A DNA stretch of 47,707 nucleotides from Octopus bimaculoides (lineage: Eukaryota): positions 79,009,097 to 79,056,803 of the forward strand of contig NC_068988.1 of NCBI RefSeq assembly GCF_001194135.2, written 5' to 3'. Under the pieces are notes generated by a model. It had not been told where the DNA came from and searched no databases. It saw only the letters and a list, made by a program, of their open reading frames with translations. The translations under genes were made by a program, and so were the position numbers. Of the stretch, positions 11,383 to 24,449 are shown piece by piece (position 1 is the first letter of the stretch; each line of letters starts with the position of its first letter).

Positions 11383-13054
11383 GCCTGCAAAAGTTCGTAT
11401 CGAAAGATCTATAGGACTGCTTTTACTGACAATTCAATTGTTTGAGGAAGTTTACACAGAATATCTATGAATCAATATCTGCTTGGCGTCGATTATCGAA
11501 GACGTTCAGTATGACTTGACTAACAACTTTTCAGCTTCTGTAAAGAATCGATGTCTAAAAACGTTTTCCTTCATTTAGATGAAAAGAAAATAGGAACAAT
11601 GGTGGCAATCACAGATCGGATCATTTGAATTCGATCGATATTTATAGAGGATTGGTGAGGGTCGGAGGAGGTAAAACCGATAAGTACTTCTTTATTTGAA
11701 TTGTTTGTTTATCGATAGTGCTCAAAGCATCCTTTCTAGACAACAGTTAATGATTATTTTTATTCTTTAAACAATTTTTCTTTCTGCCAATACTAGAAAT
11801 AGAATTAGAGATATACAGATATAGATAAAGGAGGAAAAGACAGTGAGGGAGAAGAAAGGTGTCTATTTAATTAATTGATTGTTTTAAAATCAACTTGCTT
11901 CGATTCTATTCTCGATCAAATAACAATTAAATTCAAGTGTAGTGTATATTATTATTTATCAAACATGTCCGGCCAATGCAATAAATGTACCTATGCAGAT
12001 GAAACACTGTTAACATGGAGCGATTCCTTATAAAGAAACATAAAATGCTGAGTAGAAACCGTAATGTGGTTACGGCAGTGGAAAATAGTTTTCTAAACAA
12101 TTCAAATGAACAAACTTATACCAATAACGTAGCAACATTTAATAATTTATGAAAGAATAGAAGTTTAATGATGAGACAATCATTAACCTTTCATTTGTTC
12201 TTTAAATAGTTTGATAAAGCATCATGCTGGTTTACTTTATGCTTTGCATAATCTAAATATTTGGTACCATGTACTCTGTTAAAGAGAAAGTAATAAGAAC
12301 ATCATTATAACAGTAAATGTTATAATTATAACGTTGTAATTATTGATGCTTTCCAACAGGCAACATAGTGCTGTGCTTATTTCTTGACAAACCGAGTTTT
12401 CAATATCATTTAGACACTCAGCTGGAGCTATTTAAAAATATCCCCAAATAGATTGAAATAAAAGGAAAAGAAACTGCAGAGTCTTAGTATTCAGTATGTA
12501 CATTTATTTCAACAGCAAGTGCTATGTAAAAAATTTAAATGCGTTTTATTTAAATTCGTCTTCTACAATTTTTGGTTTTAACATAATTTATTAATTTTGA
12601 TTTATTTGTTTAATTTTCTTCAATATTTATATAGATAGATACGTATATATTTGTGTGTGTGTATGCGTGTGTGTGTGCATGTGTGTGTGTGTGTGTGTGT
12701 ATGTGCGTGTGTGTGTGTTTATGTATCAAGTAGCGTATAAAACTCAAATTATTTGGTGGAGTATCAGAAATAATTAAGTATGGAATAAAGTATTGGATTG
12801 TTAACTTTCGAACCTTAGCTTCGAACTCACCATAGATATTTGCAGTATTTCAGGACAACGGTATTTTACTTTATCTATGTTGCTATGAGAAATAGGCGCC
12901 AAGAATTTATAGGAAGTTTACTTGAGACACATTAGCTATCCATCTGAAAGAAACGCATTACACTTCTAGTTAACTTTTGAAAGATTGCAGTGAACCATAA
13001 ATCTATTACGGTATTCGCGCCCGCGTATGGTCTATGCGTACGCGCGCGGTCGCG

Positions 13055-13085
<31 letters not shown>

Positions 13086-13089
13086 TTGC

Positions 13090-13290
13090 GTGTCTGTATT
13101 TGTCCCCAAACATCGCTTGACAACCGATGCTGGAGTGTTTACGTCCCCGTAACTTATCGGTTCGGCAAAACGGGCCGATAGAATAAGTACTACGCTTACA
13201 AAGAAGTCCTGGTGTCGATTTGCTCGACTAAAGGTGGTGCTGCAGCATGGCCACAGTAAAGTAATTGAAACAAATAAAAGAATAAAGGAG
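13090..13290 (+). mobile_element. SINE 3' tail (family B/C)
   Basis: tttgtcccc...cgcttgacaaccgatgctgg...gtcgatttgctcgactaaagg...cagcatggcc...aaaagaataaag, homologous to 14350-14557. Confidence 0.8.
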
Positions 13291-13296
13291 TATATA

Positions 13297-13416
13297 NNNN
13301 NNNNNNNNNNNNNNNNNNNNNNNNNNNNNNNNNNNNNNNNNNNNNNNNNNNNNNNNNNNNNNNNNNNNNNNNNNNNNNNNNNNNNNNNNNNNNNNNNNNN
13401 NNNNNNNNNNNNNNNN
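13297..13416. other. Assembly gap (N run)
   Basis: Ns in sequence. Confidence 1.
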
Positions 13417-13729
13417 TATATATAGTAATATGTAAAGGTAAGATCCAAGGATCAAGATGTAGGACGCTTGTAGGCTTCGAGCACTCGTAGAAGGTACAAA
13501 AACAACTTTCAGGAACAATCGTGGTATATTGACGTAGAAGGTTGTAAATTTTACCCATACCGAAGTTCGATAAGCTTAAAAAAGATATGTTTATAGTTCA
13601 CGGTTAACAACTGGGGTTGTTGTGTATCCGAATAAAAGTCCAAATTTTGGGAACAGAGTAGATAAAACCCAGGCTACATATGATTCATAGCTAGATTCAT
13701 ATGTTTCAAACCTTTCCACACCTTTTCTA

Positions 13730-13821
13730 TTTTAGCCTGATGAGTAGCTAGCGGATTTCCCCTCGTTAGGGTAGTTACTACTTTCTAGATTCTGCTAGGT
13801 ATGAAACATATGTAGCCAAGA
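13730..13821 (+). ncRNA. Type I hammerhead ribozyme motif with long helix II
   Basis: TTTTAGC-CTGATGA-GTAGCTAGCGGA...TCTGCTAGGTAT-GAA-ACATATGT-A-GCCAAGA. Helix I pairs at 6/7 positions, helix II at 11/12 (two G.U), helix III is the perfect palindrome ACATATGT, and the cleavage triplet is GUA (after 13814). Confidence 0.75.
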
Positions 13822-13853
13822 TTTTATCTACTCCTTTCGCTAAATTTGGAGTT

Positions 13854-13854
<1 letters not shown>

Positions 13855-13913
<59 letters not shown>

Positions 13914-13935
13914 ATATCTATCTATCTATCTTTCT
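13855..13935. repeat. (TATC)n microsatellite
   Basis: Directly visible. Confidence 0.95.
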
Positions 13936-13955
13936 GTCTGTGTATGGCTGTCTCT

Positions 13956-14090
13956 GTATGGCTCTGTGGTAAGAAGCTTGCTTCCCGACCACAAGGTTCC
14001 AGGTTCAGTCCCACTGCGTTGTACCTTAGCCAGGAGTCTTCTACTATAGCCTCGGGCCAGCCAAAGCCTTGTGAGTAGATTTGGTCGTAT

Positions 14091-14122
<32 letters not shown>

Positions 14123-14287
14123 GTATATATTAGACTCACTTCAACATTTAAATTTAAATGTTGAAGTAAATCTAATGGTTTTTGTGTGTTTTAAATGGCT
14201 TATAAACAGCTTCCACTCTGCAATTGTTTTTGTTTCAGCACACGCTCTCAGATCATGTTACTTGCTATGCAAGTACATCTCCGTAAC

Positions 14288-14318
<31 letters not shown>

Positions 14319-14557
14319 TAATATGCATATATCTACGTGGATGTGTCTCTGTGTCTGTGTTTGTCCCCTTCACCATTATCGCTTGAAAATCGGTGTTGGT
14401 ATGTTTATGTCCCCGTACATTTGTGGTTCGGTAAAGAGACCAAAGAACTAAGCTTAAAAAGAACTCCTGGGGTCGAATTGTTCGACTAAAACACTCCAAG
14501 GCGGTGCTCCAGCATGGCCGCAGTCAAATGACTGAAGCAAGTAAAAGAATAAAAGAA
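13956..14557 (+). mobile_element. tRNA-derived SINE (family B/C): head 13956-14088, internal microsatellite and insert, tail 14350-14557
   Basis: The head has A/B-box-like motifs (tggctctgtggtaag; ggttcagtccc) and the tail is homologous to 13090-13290. Joining head and tail into one element relies on recalled octopus SINE structure. Confidence 0.7.
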
Positions 14558-14559
14558 TG

Positions 14560-14572
14560 TGTGCGTGTGTGT

Positions 14573-14656
<84 letters not shown>
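14560..14656. repeat. (TG)n microsatellite
   Basis: Directly visible. Confidence 0.95.
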
Positions 14657-14660
<4 letters not shown>

Positions 14661-15978
14661 GATGAAGTTGTGCTAATCCATATAGCTAATGTTTCTGCTC
14701 TTGATTATGTATCAATACATTTTCTGGTGATAGATTAATCACGCTTAGAGCAATGTCAGAACAATGTCGATTTCTTGTAGATAGAAGCTTGTAATTGTCC
14801 TGAGGGTAACAGAATGAGAAAATATGATTTTCATGTATTCCTCAAGGGCATTATCAACAGGTAGTATGAAAATGTGCTAAAGCTGATAATCTAAACCAGC
14901 TGATGGATTAGAACCTGCGGTGCTCATAACCAAAATTGGGATAAAATTGTTTTATAGAATATTTTTATGTGTATTAATGTTATTGGAATTCCCATAGCTA
15001 TTCTAAAAGTATTGTGACTGGTTACACTTACAGCGTTTCATTTATATTTTAATAATATTCCTTTTATTTTAGAGACCCTGTAAAGGTCAAGGACACGTGC
15101 CCTTTCCTCTAGACTCCACAAGTAAAGACAGAAAAAAAAATTAAAAAGTACACAGCTGTAGTTATATGACAGTTGAATAATTTTGCCTATAGTTTTGAAT
15201 CTGATGGGCCGGATTGTTTATTTTATTAAACAGCCGAAATAGTAACCTATAGACAAGTGATGTTACGAATAGTGATGTATCAGAGGCACGATTTCTTATC
15301 CATATGCCATAGATATTCATTATATGCAGTATAATAAATATTGTAACCATTAGCTATTGATGTAACACATCTGTTTTTTCTTGTAAACCTCTCGCCATTT
15401 AGATCTGATACTTAATATAATAGACAGACTTTAGTAATGGTGTCAACATCAATTCTTCATATGTAATATTTTCTTATTGCCATATTTCAGCTTAAGTGAA
15501 AAATAATTACGTCTTGCGATGCGCCATTGCTCACCTAAATACCACGAAAGTAATTAGTTTCAAATATTTCCCCGTCACATTCATTTTACACAGTTTCTTA
15601 CTTGCCGCACTTTTTATGACGTTTTATGAAGTGTATTTCCCCTATTTGTTTTAGACAAGTGTATTCCATGTAATTTAAGCTACTTGCTAAGTAAACGAGA
15701 TACGTTTCAGGAAGAATGATTATTTTGAAACATTGGTCAATTTACCATTGATTTTAAGGTTCTGAAATGCAGAAATTTCATAAAGTTTTACAGTTTTCAA
15801 TTGGTAAGCCTCTTATTGATCACCGCAACATGATTCTATGATCAAAACACATTGTCAGCTGTATATTGTTTGTTTGTGTGTATGTGCGTGTGAGTGTATG
15901 TGTGTGTACGTGCGTGTGTGTGTATCTGATATATATACATATATGTATGTATACATACATATATATGTGTGTGTGTGA

Positions 15979-16019
<41 letters not shown>

Positions 16020-16114
16020 AGCTGAAAAGAATGTGGGTAGTATTTAAAAGCACATACTGCGCACAACAGATATATGAGAAATAAATTTAAGTTTTCAATA
16101 AGAGTCGAAATACT

Positions 16115-16133
16115 AATGATGACAATAATCATA

Positions 16134-16167
<34 letters not shown>

Positions 16168-16168
16168 C

Positions 16169-16205
<37 letters not shown>

Positions 16206-16330
16206 TCGGTACTGAAAATTTGGGTGAGGGTGCTAGGCAACTACATCAACCACAGTATTTGACTGGAACTTATTTCATTGACCCCGAAAAGATGAAAAGC
16301 AGAGTTGACATCGGCGGATAATAAATAATG

Positions 16331-16381
<51 letters not shown>

Positions 16382-16450
16382 TTAATAATAATAATGATAA
16401 TATTAATAATAATAATAATGATGATGATGATGAGGATGATGAGGAGGAGG

Positions 16451-16480
<30 letters not shown>
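16115..16480. repeat. Trinucleotide tracts (GAT)n, (ATA)n and (GAT/GAG)n, interrupted by a SINE fragment
   Basis: Directly visible. Confidence 0.9.
16245..16320 (-). mobile_element. SINE fragment (family A)
   Basis: Reverse complement of the family-A body (cttatttcattgaccccgaaaagatgaaaagcagagttgac). Confidence 0.55.
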
Positions 16481-16483
<3 letters not shown>

Positions 16484-16772
16484 TAAAGCAAATATTCTGC
16501 TCAATACCACAAATTTGCTTGTCAGTAGTTTGACCTTCACCAGCTGAGCATGTCCCTCAGTGGCTGACGATGTGTGTATCGTCGATGACGAGCAGAGTTT
16601 GTGAGGGCGCATCATAGTCATATATTGAGAGGAATTCTTTAGGGTTTGAATAATTCACCTCTGGAAACATGGGTGTTTTGTTCAACATCTTTAAGCAAAC
16701 CTTATACAGTTAGCTTTTGAGCGAGATGGGCTAGTCGATCTGAGGAAAATTCTAACTGGACCTCACCTGCAA
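16481..16772. mobile_element. Unclassified interspersed repeat between (GAT)n and (TATG)n tracts
   Basis: A non-coding, GC-balanced 290-bp block sharply bounded by microsatellites. It resembles a common octopus repeat from recall, with no second copy seen in the window. Confidence 0.45.
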
Positions 16773-16806
16773 TGTATGTATGTATGTATGTATGTATGTA
16801 TGTATT

Positions 16807-16860
<54 letters not shown>

Positions 16861-16863
<3 letters not shown>

Positions 16864-17237
16864 TCTCATGCTATAGTTACATATCTAGATATGGGCATAT
16901 ATATTTAAATGATAAACTTCTGGAAAGTATTACAGAATTTTTAGTTTCAGTGATCTGTAGTTTTCGAATTAGCTTTCTCCCTTCTAGTTTTGAGAAACCT
17001 AATTTCTCAAGATTGGTATTTAAGCAGTGTTTTATACATCCAAGGGCCCCAATAATTACAGGTATAAACCTGAACTTGTAATCTGGATAGAGTAACTGCA
17101 GATTTCTCAATAGTTCAGCATAGGTGTTCTCTTTTTCACTGATCTTCAGCTTTATGTTAACATGCACAGTTTCTTTTCTCTATTCCAAATCATTATATCA
17201 GACCTGTTGCGCTTACATTTTATTGAGGTCTTCACTG
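16861..17237 (-). mobile_element. 3' end of a REL-endonuclease non-LTR retrotransposon embedded in (CATA)n
   Basis: The minus strand reads VKTSIKCKRNRSDIMIWNREKKLC / VNIKLKISEKENTYAELLRNLQLLYPDYKFRFIPVIIGALG, with a degenerate PD-(D/E)xK region and the IIGALG motif. (TATG)n lies on both flanks. Confidence 0.8.
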
Positions 17238-19204
17238 GTATGTATGTATGTATGTATGTATGTATGTATGTATGTATGTATGTATGCATATATGTTCCAT
17301 TCATTAATCGAAACAAAGAGAGCCATCCATGCAATGACATGTTGCATACAAATAAATCGTATAGACTAACTTTATGGTGTCTAAATTTTAATGAAAATGC
17401 TTTGTTGCTGGACTGAAAATCGGCTCTACTTCTAATAGCGAGAAATTTTGAGAATAAAACTAGAACATACTTAAACAATCAAAAGTGAGCTTTGAAAGAA
17501 AAATAAGAGAGATGAATATATTAAGTGAGACAAACCAAAAGAAGTATTGATGGAGCCCCAGACTAAAGACAATAACCAAATTAAAATACAACCGAACACA
17601 CACTGTTGTTTGGGACCCCCATCCACCACCACCACCACCACCACCACCGCCACCACCAAAAAAAAATGCTCTGTCGTAGCCAGTTTCTCATTTGAAATGT
17701 TTGTGGTAAGAAAACTGCAAGAGAAAGAAGACATCTATGACTCACCGATGAGGAGCCTGCAAATCCAGTACACAAAATATATTTTCAGCTTTATCTCCAT
17801 TGTTATTAGAATATCAAGTTTTGTAATATCATGGTCGAATCAAATTGGCTTCTTGGAAAAAGAATGTAACTGCCTAACACAACTCACAGAAGACAGATGA
17901 TCATGAAATGTGGGGCAATAAAGATCTTCATGATTCTAAAATTGAAGTGGTAAATGGTTGCGTAATGAAGAAAAGAAAACCGCTTCCTTTATAGATGCAT
18001 GAGTGTGTGTGTATATGTGTGTGTGTATGTGTGGGTATATGTGTGTAAATGTATGTATACACCGACAAGATGACCAGTCAAAATAAGCTCTAAAACTCCA
18101 GAAAGATGAAGACGCCACATATTAGCACCCATCGTTACATACGCATTAAAAACATACGTACATACATACTTATATATACACACACTCACACATAAATATA
18201 TTGCCTTAAAAGTCGATCTCTTCGACTACCTGATCAGCTTCTCAGTTAAGCATTTATCAGTTTCCAGCGTTAGAGCAATTTTTGTAAGAACTGGAAGTGT
18301 ATCAAATTCAACGGTCGGTTCAGTCGATTACATTTTTAGTACATAAAAAACACTGTATGCTTCGATGGTTTCGTGTGGGACAATTTTGAAGTTGTTCAGT
18401 TGTATAAGCTGGGTTATCAAGTGCGAAGGAAGGTAAAGCATGAATATGATAGCTAATGGTATACACGATAAATACACTTGTACTAATTTCATCGATTGTC
18501 AAATTTTACTATCGATTTGAATAAGTGTATTTCAGAGAATCCTTATGACTGTTAGTACATAAGCCAAGAAATTGAAGAGCAGATTAGCAGAAATAAAGTG
18601 TGTAGTGTAGCCACTGGAATAAGTTCAAATTGATGTTAATTTATTCATTTCCGAACGATTATTGTTCTCTTGTGAAGCAGCACTTTGGCGAGATTAAAAT
18701 CACTATGAAAACTGTTAGTAATTCTCTGATAACATGTGTAGTGATGTAATAACAGGCTAAACACAATTACTGGACTTGCGTTTTACATTTTAGTTCAGAT
18801 AAGAATTCATGACAGTAGCTTTTCTATTGGAATTAACCAATATATAATGTTATGAAAATTAATCAGTATAACAGTGAGAACTTCTTGCACTCAAGTACCT
18901 TCTTAAGCGAACAGAAATTCTTGATAGCCAACAAATTGACAGAAATGTAATTTTTATCTTGTTAGCAAGATTCATTTGTTGCATAGTCTTCCTACTGACA
19001 TTATCCACGGTCTATTTCCAGTAATCTTACGATCACTTCACAGCTGCTCAAGTTTCAACATTCAGAACAGATTTTAAGTGGAGGAATATTTTAACAGGAA
19101 AAACCAGGAAGTAAATAATTAAAAGAGAATTGGCTTTCGCATGATCACTTTAATGTCTAAAAATTTCAGAGAATAATTAGCTGAGGCAAAAGTTATTCAC
19201 ATTA

Positions 19205-19205
19205 C

Positions 19206-19291
<86 letters not shown>

Positions 19292-19316
19292 GTCTGTATG
19301 TCTGTCTGTATGTCTG

Positions 19317-19375
<59 letters not shown>

Positions 19376-19386
19376 GTCTGTCTGTC
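19205..19386. repeat. (CTAT)n/(CTGT)n compound microsatellite
   Basis: Directly visible. Confidence 0.95.
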
Positions 19387-22300
19387 AATCTGCATGTGCT
19401 TTTGTCCTCACTGCTACTTAATGTGAACCGGTGTCGTGGATACACTGCAAACCCCATTATATTTTCCAACTATCACATTCTCTATGCATCTATTGATTCC
19501 TTGACGATGTACAAAAGCTACTAGAACTCAGAAACCTAATTGCGTTATTTTCTTGGTATCTCTTATAAAATTGTAGCCAAAAAACATTTTCATATCAAAT
19601 GAGGAAGCACATCGCCATGTTAACATTGTTACTCGAAGCCAAAATAGTCCTTCTTCTAAAAGGAAATTTGTATATTTCTGGATGAAGATTTGGCATTAAT
19701 AAAATAGCGATTCAGGCACTGTTACATCACCGAAAACTGGGTCCTTGCATTTTCTTGTGCCATATGTCCAGTAATAAATAATATTTATTAATTCTAATCT
19801 AGAATTTCCTTTTGCTGTACTAGCATCGTGACGGATATTTTTGTTATTTTGTTGCATGAAAATAAGGTATACCAATTATCGGAATCAACTGAAACAGTTG
19901 ACCAATTGAAAAAACTGTAAGCTGGAAAAAATTTCTTGATATGTTTATTGAGGAAAAGCCTTTAAAAATAGGAACTGTATATACTGTCATTCTTCTTTTT
20001 CACAATATTCAAGCTACAAAATATGTCAATGAAGTATCAACTATATGTGTCGGGCTTTACTTGAAGAAACACTAAATGCAACAGATATCTTATCAAGTCC
20101 TCGGCAGTGTTCTTTAACCTATTAATAAGGACATTAGTGAAAATAGAACATGAATATATCATGAATATTTCATTACATGAATACTTCTTTACATTCCACT
20201 ATTAACATTAATCATTTGTCAAATACACATTCCTGTCTAATGCACAATTGCAACAAGAAACTAGCAGTAAATATGTTAGTATTCATTAACTAAAAACTTA
20301 CACCTGCCAACATATCTCATCATTTGCAAACCCTATACATTATCTAAGTATCCGCTTGAAGGAAAACTTTCATTTGATAACATTTCGAATAGAATCATCA
20401 CTTTTTTTTATTTTTAAAAATTCTGTTTCTCTGCACATCAATGTATTAATTAGTCAAAAGTCATCATAGTTACATACTGAGCATGTGTGTGTGTGTATAT
20501 GCGCGCGCGCGCGCGAGTGTGGTGGGTGAATTTGAAAGCGATAAATACATAAATACGTAGAGAGAAAGAGTGAGTGAGTGTGTGTATATGCGTGTGTGTG
20601 TGTGTGCCTATGCATGTATTAGAAGATGTCAAAGCTGCTGTTGCAGCTGAGTCTTAGGTTACTGAGCAAAAATGTGTTGAAAGGAGTTTCAGCCATGATT
20701 ATACCGACTTTTGAGGTCTATTCCGAATCTTGAAATACATCGTGGAATGTGTCTTACATTTCTTTTTTATAAAACAACTGGGTAGGATGGATTCTAAGGA
20801 AGTTTGGTTGTTATTCCAAACAGTTTGAGCGAATTCGTAGAGGTTCCAGTCAAATATGTAACTGTTATAACTTTGTTAGTTCGATGGTTCCTTTAGCCTC
20901 TGTCTCCAATACTAAATTGTGCTACTTAGCCAAGACATCAAACCTTGTGTGACTTCCTGTGAATGAAAGCAGCAGGAATATTGCATAATTAATGAATGCC
21001 TTGTCCGATTCCAGTTCTGGATTCTTGTTTTTGTTTGACTCTAAGAAATATAACCCTGGGAGTTCAATGCCACCACGATACCTTCATTAAGAGCATCAGA
21101 CACAATCGAAGAAAACAATTTTAACGAAGGAACGGAAGCATTTTATTGAAAATGCATTACGTACATAATGCGGCTTTTCGTATTACAATTCCCTTCACAT
21201 ACAGGTTGCTTTATTGAAATACTAAATCAATCCATATATCGGTACTTTATTATTTATTTACCTCAGACAAATGGAAGGTAAAGTTGACCTCAGTGGGATT
21301 TGAAATTAGAATTTCATGTGCTATAACTAAATATGATAAAATGCTCTGTCATTTCTGCCAATCCATTACTTTCTTAATACATGATATTCATTTCTAGTAT
21401 TTAGTTAACTCTCCGAAGAATGACACTACCTAGTTTTTACTATCCCCTCCTCCTTCACGTAAATAACGTGTTTTTTGTATACGTTATGAACATATTTTTT
21501 ACCGAAATAGCCTCCCCCCCCCACTAGTTCTCCGTCATTTTCGTGTTTCAACTATGTAACATTAATGCTTGTAATGCATTTTACAATACGCATGTATATT
21601 TATTATCTACAAGTTTATTACTTCTTGATTAAAATATGCAATAAAACCGTGGCGGTTGAATAATGTTAATAACTTTATTGATAAATAACGCATTGCAACG
21701 GAAGAAATTATTTTGGGAAGTGCTGACAGTTTGTTAAATTTAGTGAAATTGAATGGAAAACTATTTCTGACAATTGTGATGCTTTAAAAATTCATGTTAG
21801 ACAAATTTAAAATGGCTACTTTCAATAGAAACTGCACGGTAATTCTATAATAAAGTAATGTTGTAGAAGAAATATTTGTAAATTTAATTTACGTGTAGTT
21901 ATCATGAACCGTACAAAATAAAAAAATGAAAGAAGAAACGAGAGAAAATACAGTTTGAGAGTAATTTGTTTATTTTTTTCTTTCTTTCTCTCGTTTTTAT
22001 ACATACACATGCCTACAAATATAATATACAGAAATATATAAATGCATATGCACATATAGGTGCATGTATGCATGCGTGTGTCTGTGTCTGTGTGTACGTG
22101 TATGTCTGTGTTGTTTTTATATAAATATTTACGCATTCCTATACCAGTATGTGTATAAATATGTAAATGTACATGTGAATATCACTGATCAATGCGAATA
22201 TATCTATATGCAGAAAATGTGAAAGTGTTTTATGTGTGTGCATGTGTGTGTGAATGTGTGTTGTATGTGTACATACGGATATATATAACTATTTGTTTTA

Positions 22301-23141
22301 CACACACACACACTCCATCACACTCTGTTTCTCACATACAAATTTTTATCTCTCTCAATCTCACCCTCTCTCTCTATTTCACCTATTTAAAGATATTTTT
22401 TTTTTAGTAAGAAAATGAGCATATTATTTGAAAGTCTTTACTACGAACCATTTCAAACAGGGTCATATGTTGCATCATTGTATCAAAGTCAGCTTGTTGA
22501 AAAACAAACTTTTAAGCAAAGTTTTCATTCGCGAACTCACGCGCGTACACGACTGAAAAGTACAAAACCTAGTGTAGATAAATTTGTATATTATCAACAT
22601 AGGCTACATTACATCTTATTACACAGAGTTCCGCGTCCGGGAGCATGAACTAATAAATGCAATAGATTTCTGTAAGTAAGGTTTTGAATTCTGTTTCGAT
22701 TTGTTTAGATTTCTGTATACGTAGTATTACCTATCATGAATTTATCTTAGCACGGCATCAGAGAAACGAACAGCGGTCTGCGACCGCTTGAAGTTTATTT
22801 GCAAACATATGCCCGTGATTGATATCAAGCACTGAATACTAATAGGAAAAATCTCTTGAATTTGGCACTCCACATACTTCCATATGCAATGAATAATATT
22901 CCCGAACCTCAAACTATTCTTATATTAAATAATTAATTAGTATTTAGCAGGAAAAGTCAGGAAGCAAATGATTAAACAGAGAACTAGCTTTCTCACCATG
23001 ACGAAAATGTCGAAAAACTTCAGTGAAACACCACTATGAGAAATCAATCCCTTCTGTATAATCCGAACGTATCGAAATACTCATCACTAACCTCTCTCAT
23101 CCGAAGATTGCCTCTAGGCGTCAAACTCTGATTACGACACA

Positions 23142-23210
<69 letters not shown>

Positions 23211-23694
23211 NNNNNNNNNNNNNNNNNNNNNNNNNNNNNNNNNNNNNNNNNNNNNNNNNNNNNNNNNNNNNNNNNNNNNNNNNNNNNNNNNNNNNNNNNN
23301 NNNNNNNNNNNNNNNNNNNNNNNNNNNNNNNNNNNNNNNNNNNNNNNNNNNNNNNNNNNNNNNNNNNNNNNNNNNNNNNNNNNNNNNNNNNNNNNNNNNN
23401 NNNNNNNNNNNNNNNNNNNNNNNNNNNNNNNNNNNNNNNNNNNNNNNNNNNNNNNNNNNNNNNNNNNNNNNNNNNNNNNNNNNNNNNNNNNNNNNNNNNN
23501 NNNNNNNNNNNNNNNNNNNNNNNNNNNNNNNNNNNNNNNNNNNNNNNNNNNNNNNNNNNNNNNNNNNNNNNNNNNNNNNNNNNNNNNNNNNNNNNNNNNN
23601 NNNNNNNNNNNNNNNNNNNNNNNNNNNNNNNNNNNNNNNNNNNNNNNNNNNNNNNNNNNNNNNNNNNNNNNNNNNNNNNNNNNNNNNNNNNNNN
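23211..23694. other. Assembly gap (N run) between (CA)n and (GT)n
   Basis: Ns in sequence. Confidence 1.
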
Positions 23695-23741
<47 letters not shown>

Positions 23742-24449
23742 TGTGTGTATGGATGTATGTATCTATGTATGGATGTATTGAAGCCATTCAACTAAATCAC
23801 ATAACAGTTATATCTGAAAGTTAAGGTCTCTATAATTAAGAGGAAAAATAAACTAAGAGAAAGAAAATTTAATCAAAATACATAAAATATACTTTATAAC
23901 TTTCATTAACGAGAAAAAATATTAATAATGTGGATTATGGCAATACGAGACTCTTGGTTGCCATAGATTGCCTTGATGCAAAAAATTCCATTTGAAGAAT
24001 TTCTAAATTGTGGGACGGCGGTCGCAAACACATATAGGCTCTAGAACTCTGGGTGACTATCCAGCTATGTATAGAAAAGATCGCGCAACAAACACACCAC
24101 TGGAAATGGATAGAATTATAGGCCATTGTCAAACAATTGACGTATTCTTGCAATAGTTGGAATTGCAAGATACGGGATTGCATTTTTTTATATTCGCGCG
24201 ACAAAAAAAAAAAAAAGAAAGAAAAATAAAATTGTTCTGATAACATTTTTATATGTACATAAATATCTAGGTAATTTGCCTGATTGTCACACATAGCATG
24301 TAAGTCTATTTGAATAACAATAGAATGAATAATGTACTTTAAGATAAAATGTTTAAAAAGGCAGGATTGTCATAGGTATACTAGGACAGTATTAAAGCCA
24401 AACAACAAACACACTGAATCTTGTCTAGATAGACCGATTTCTATTAATA

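Noticed and set aside
8072-11972. Identical 16-mer TATCAAACATGTCCGG at 8072-8087 and 11957-11972 containing a p53-type half site
   Set aside because: The expected number of chance 16-mer repeats in 47.7 kb is about 0.3 even at uniform composition, and only half sites are present.
23132-23740. Apparent long (CA)n/(TG)n inverted repeat
   Set aside because: The arms are simple repeats flanking a 484-N gap, so the true structure is unknown and may be a scaffolding artefact.
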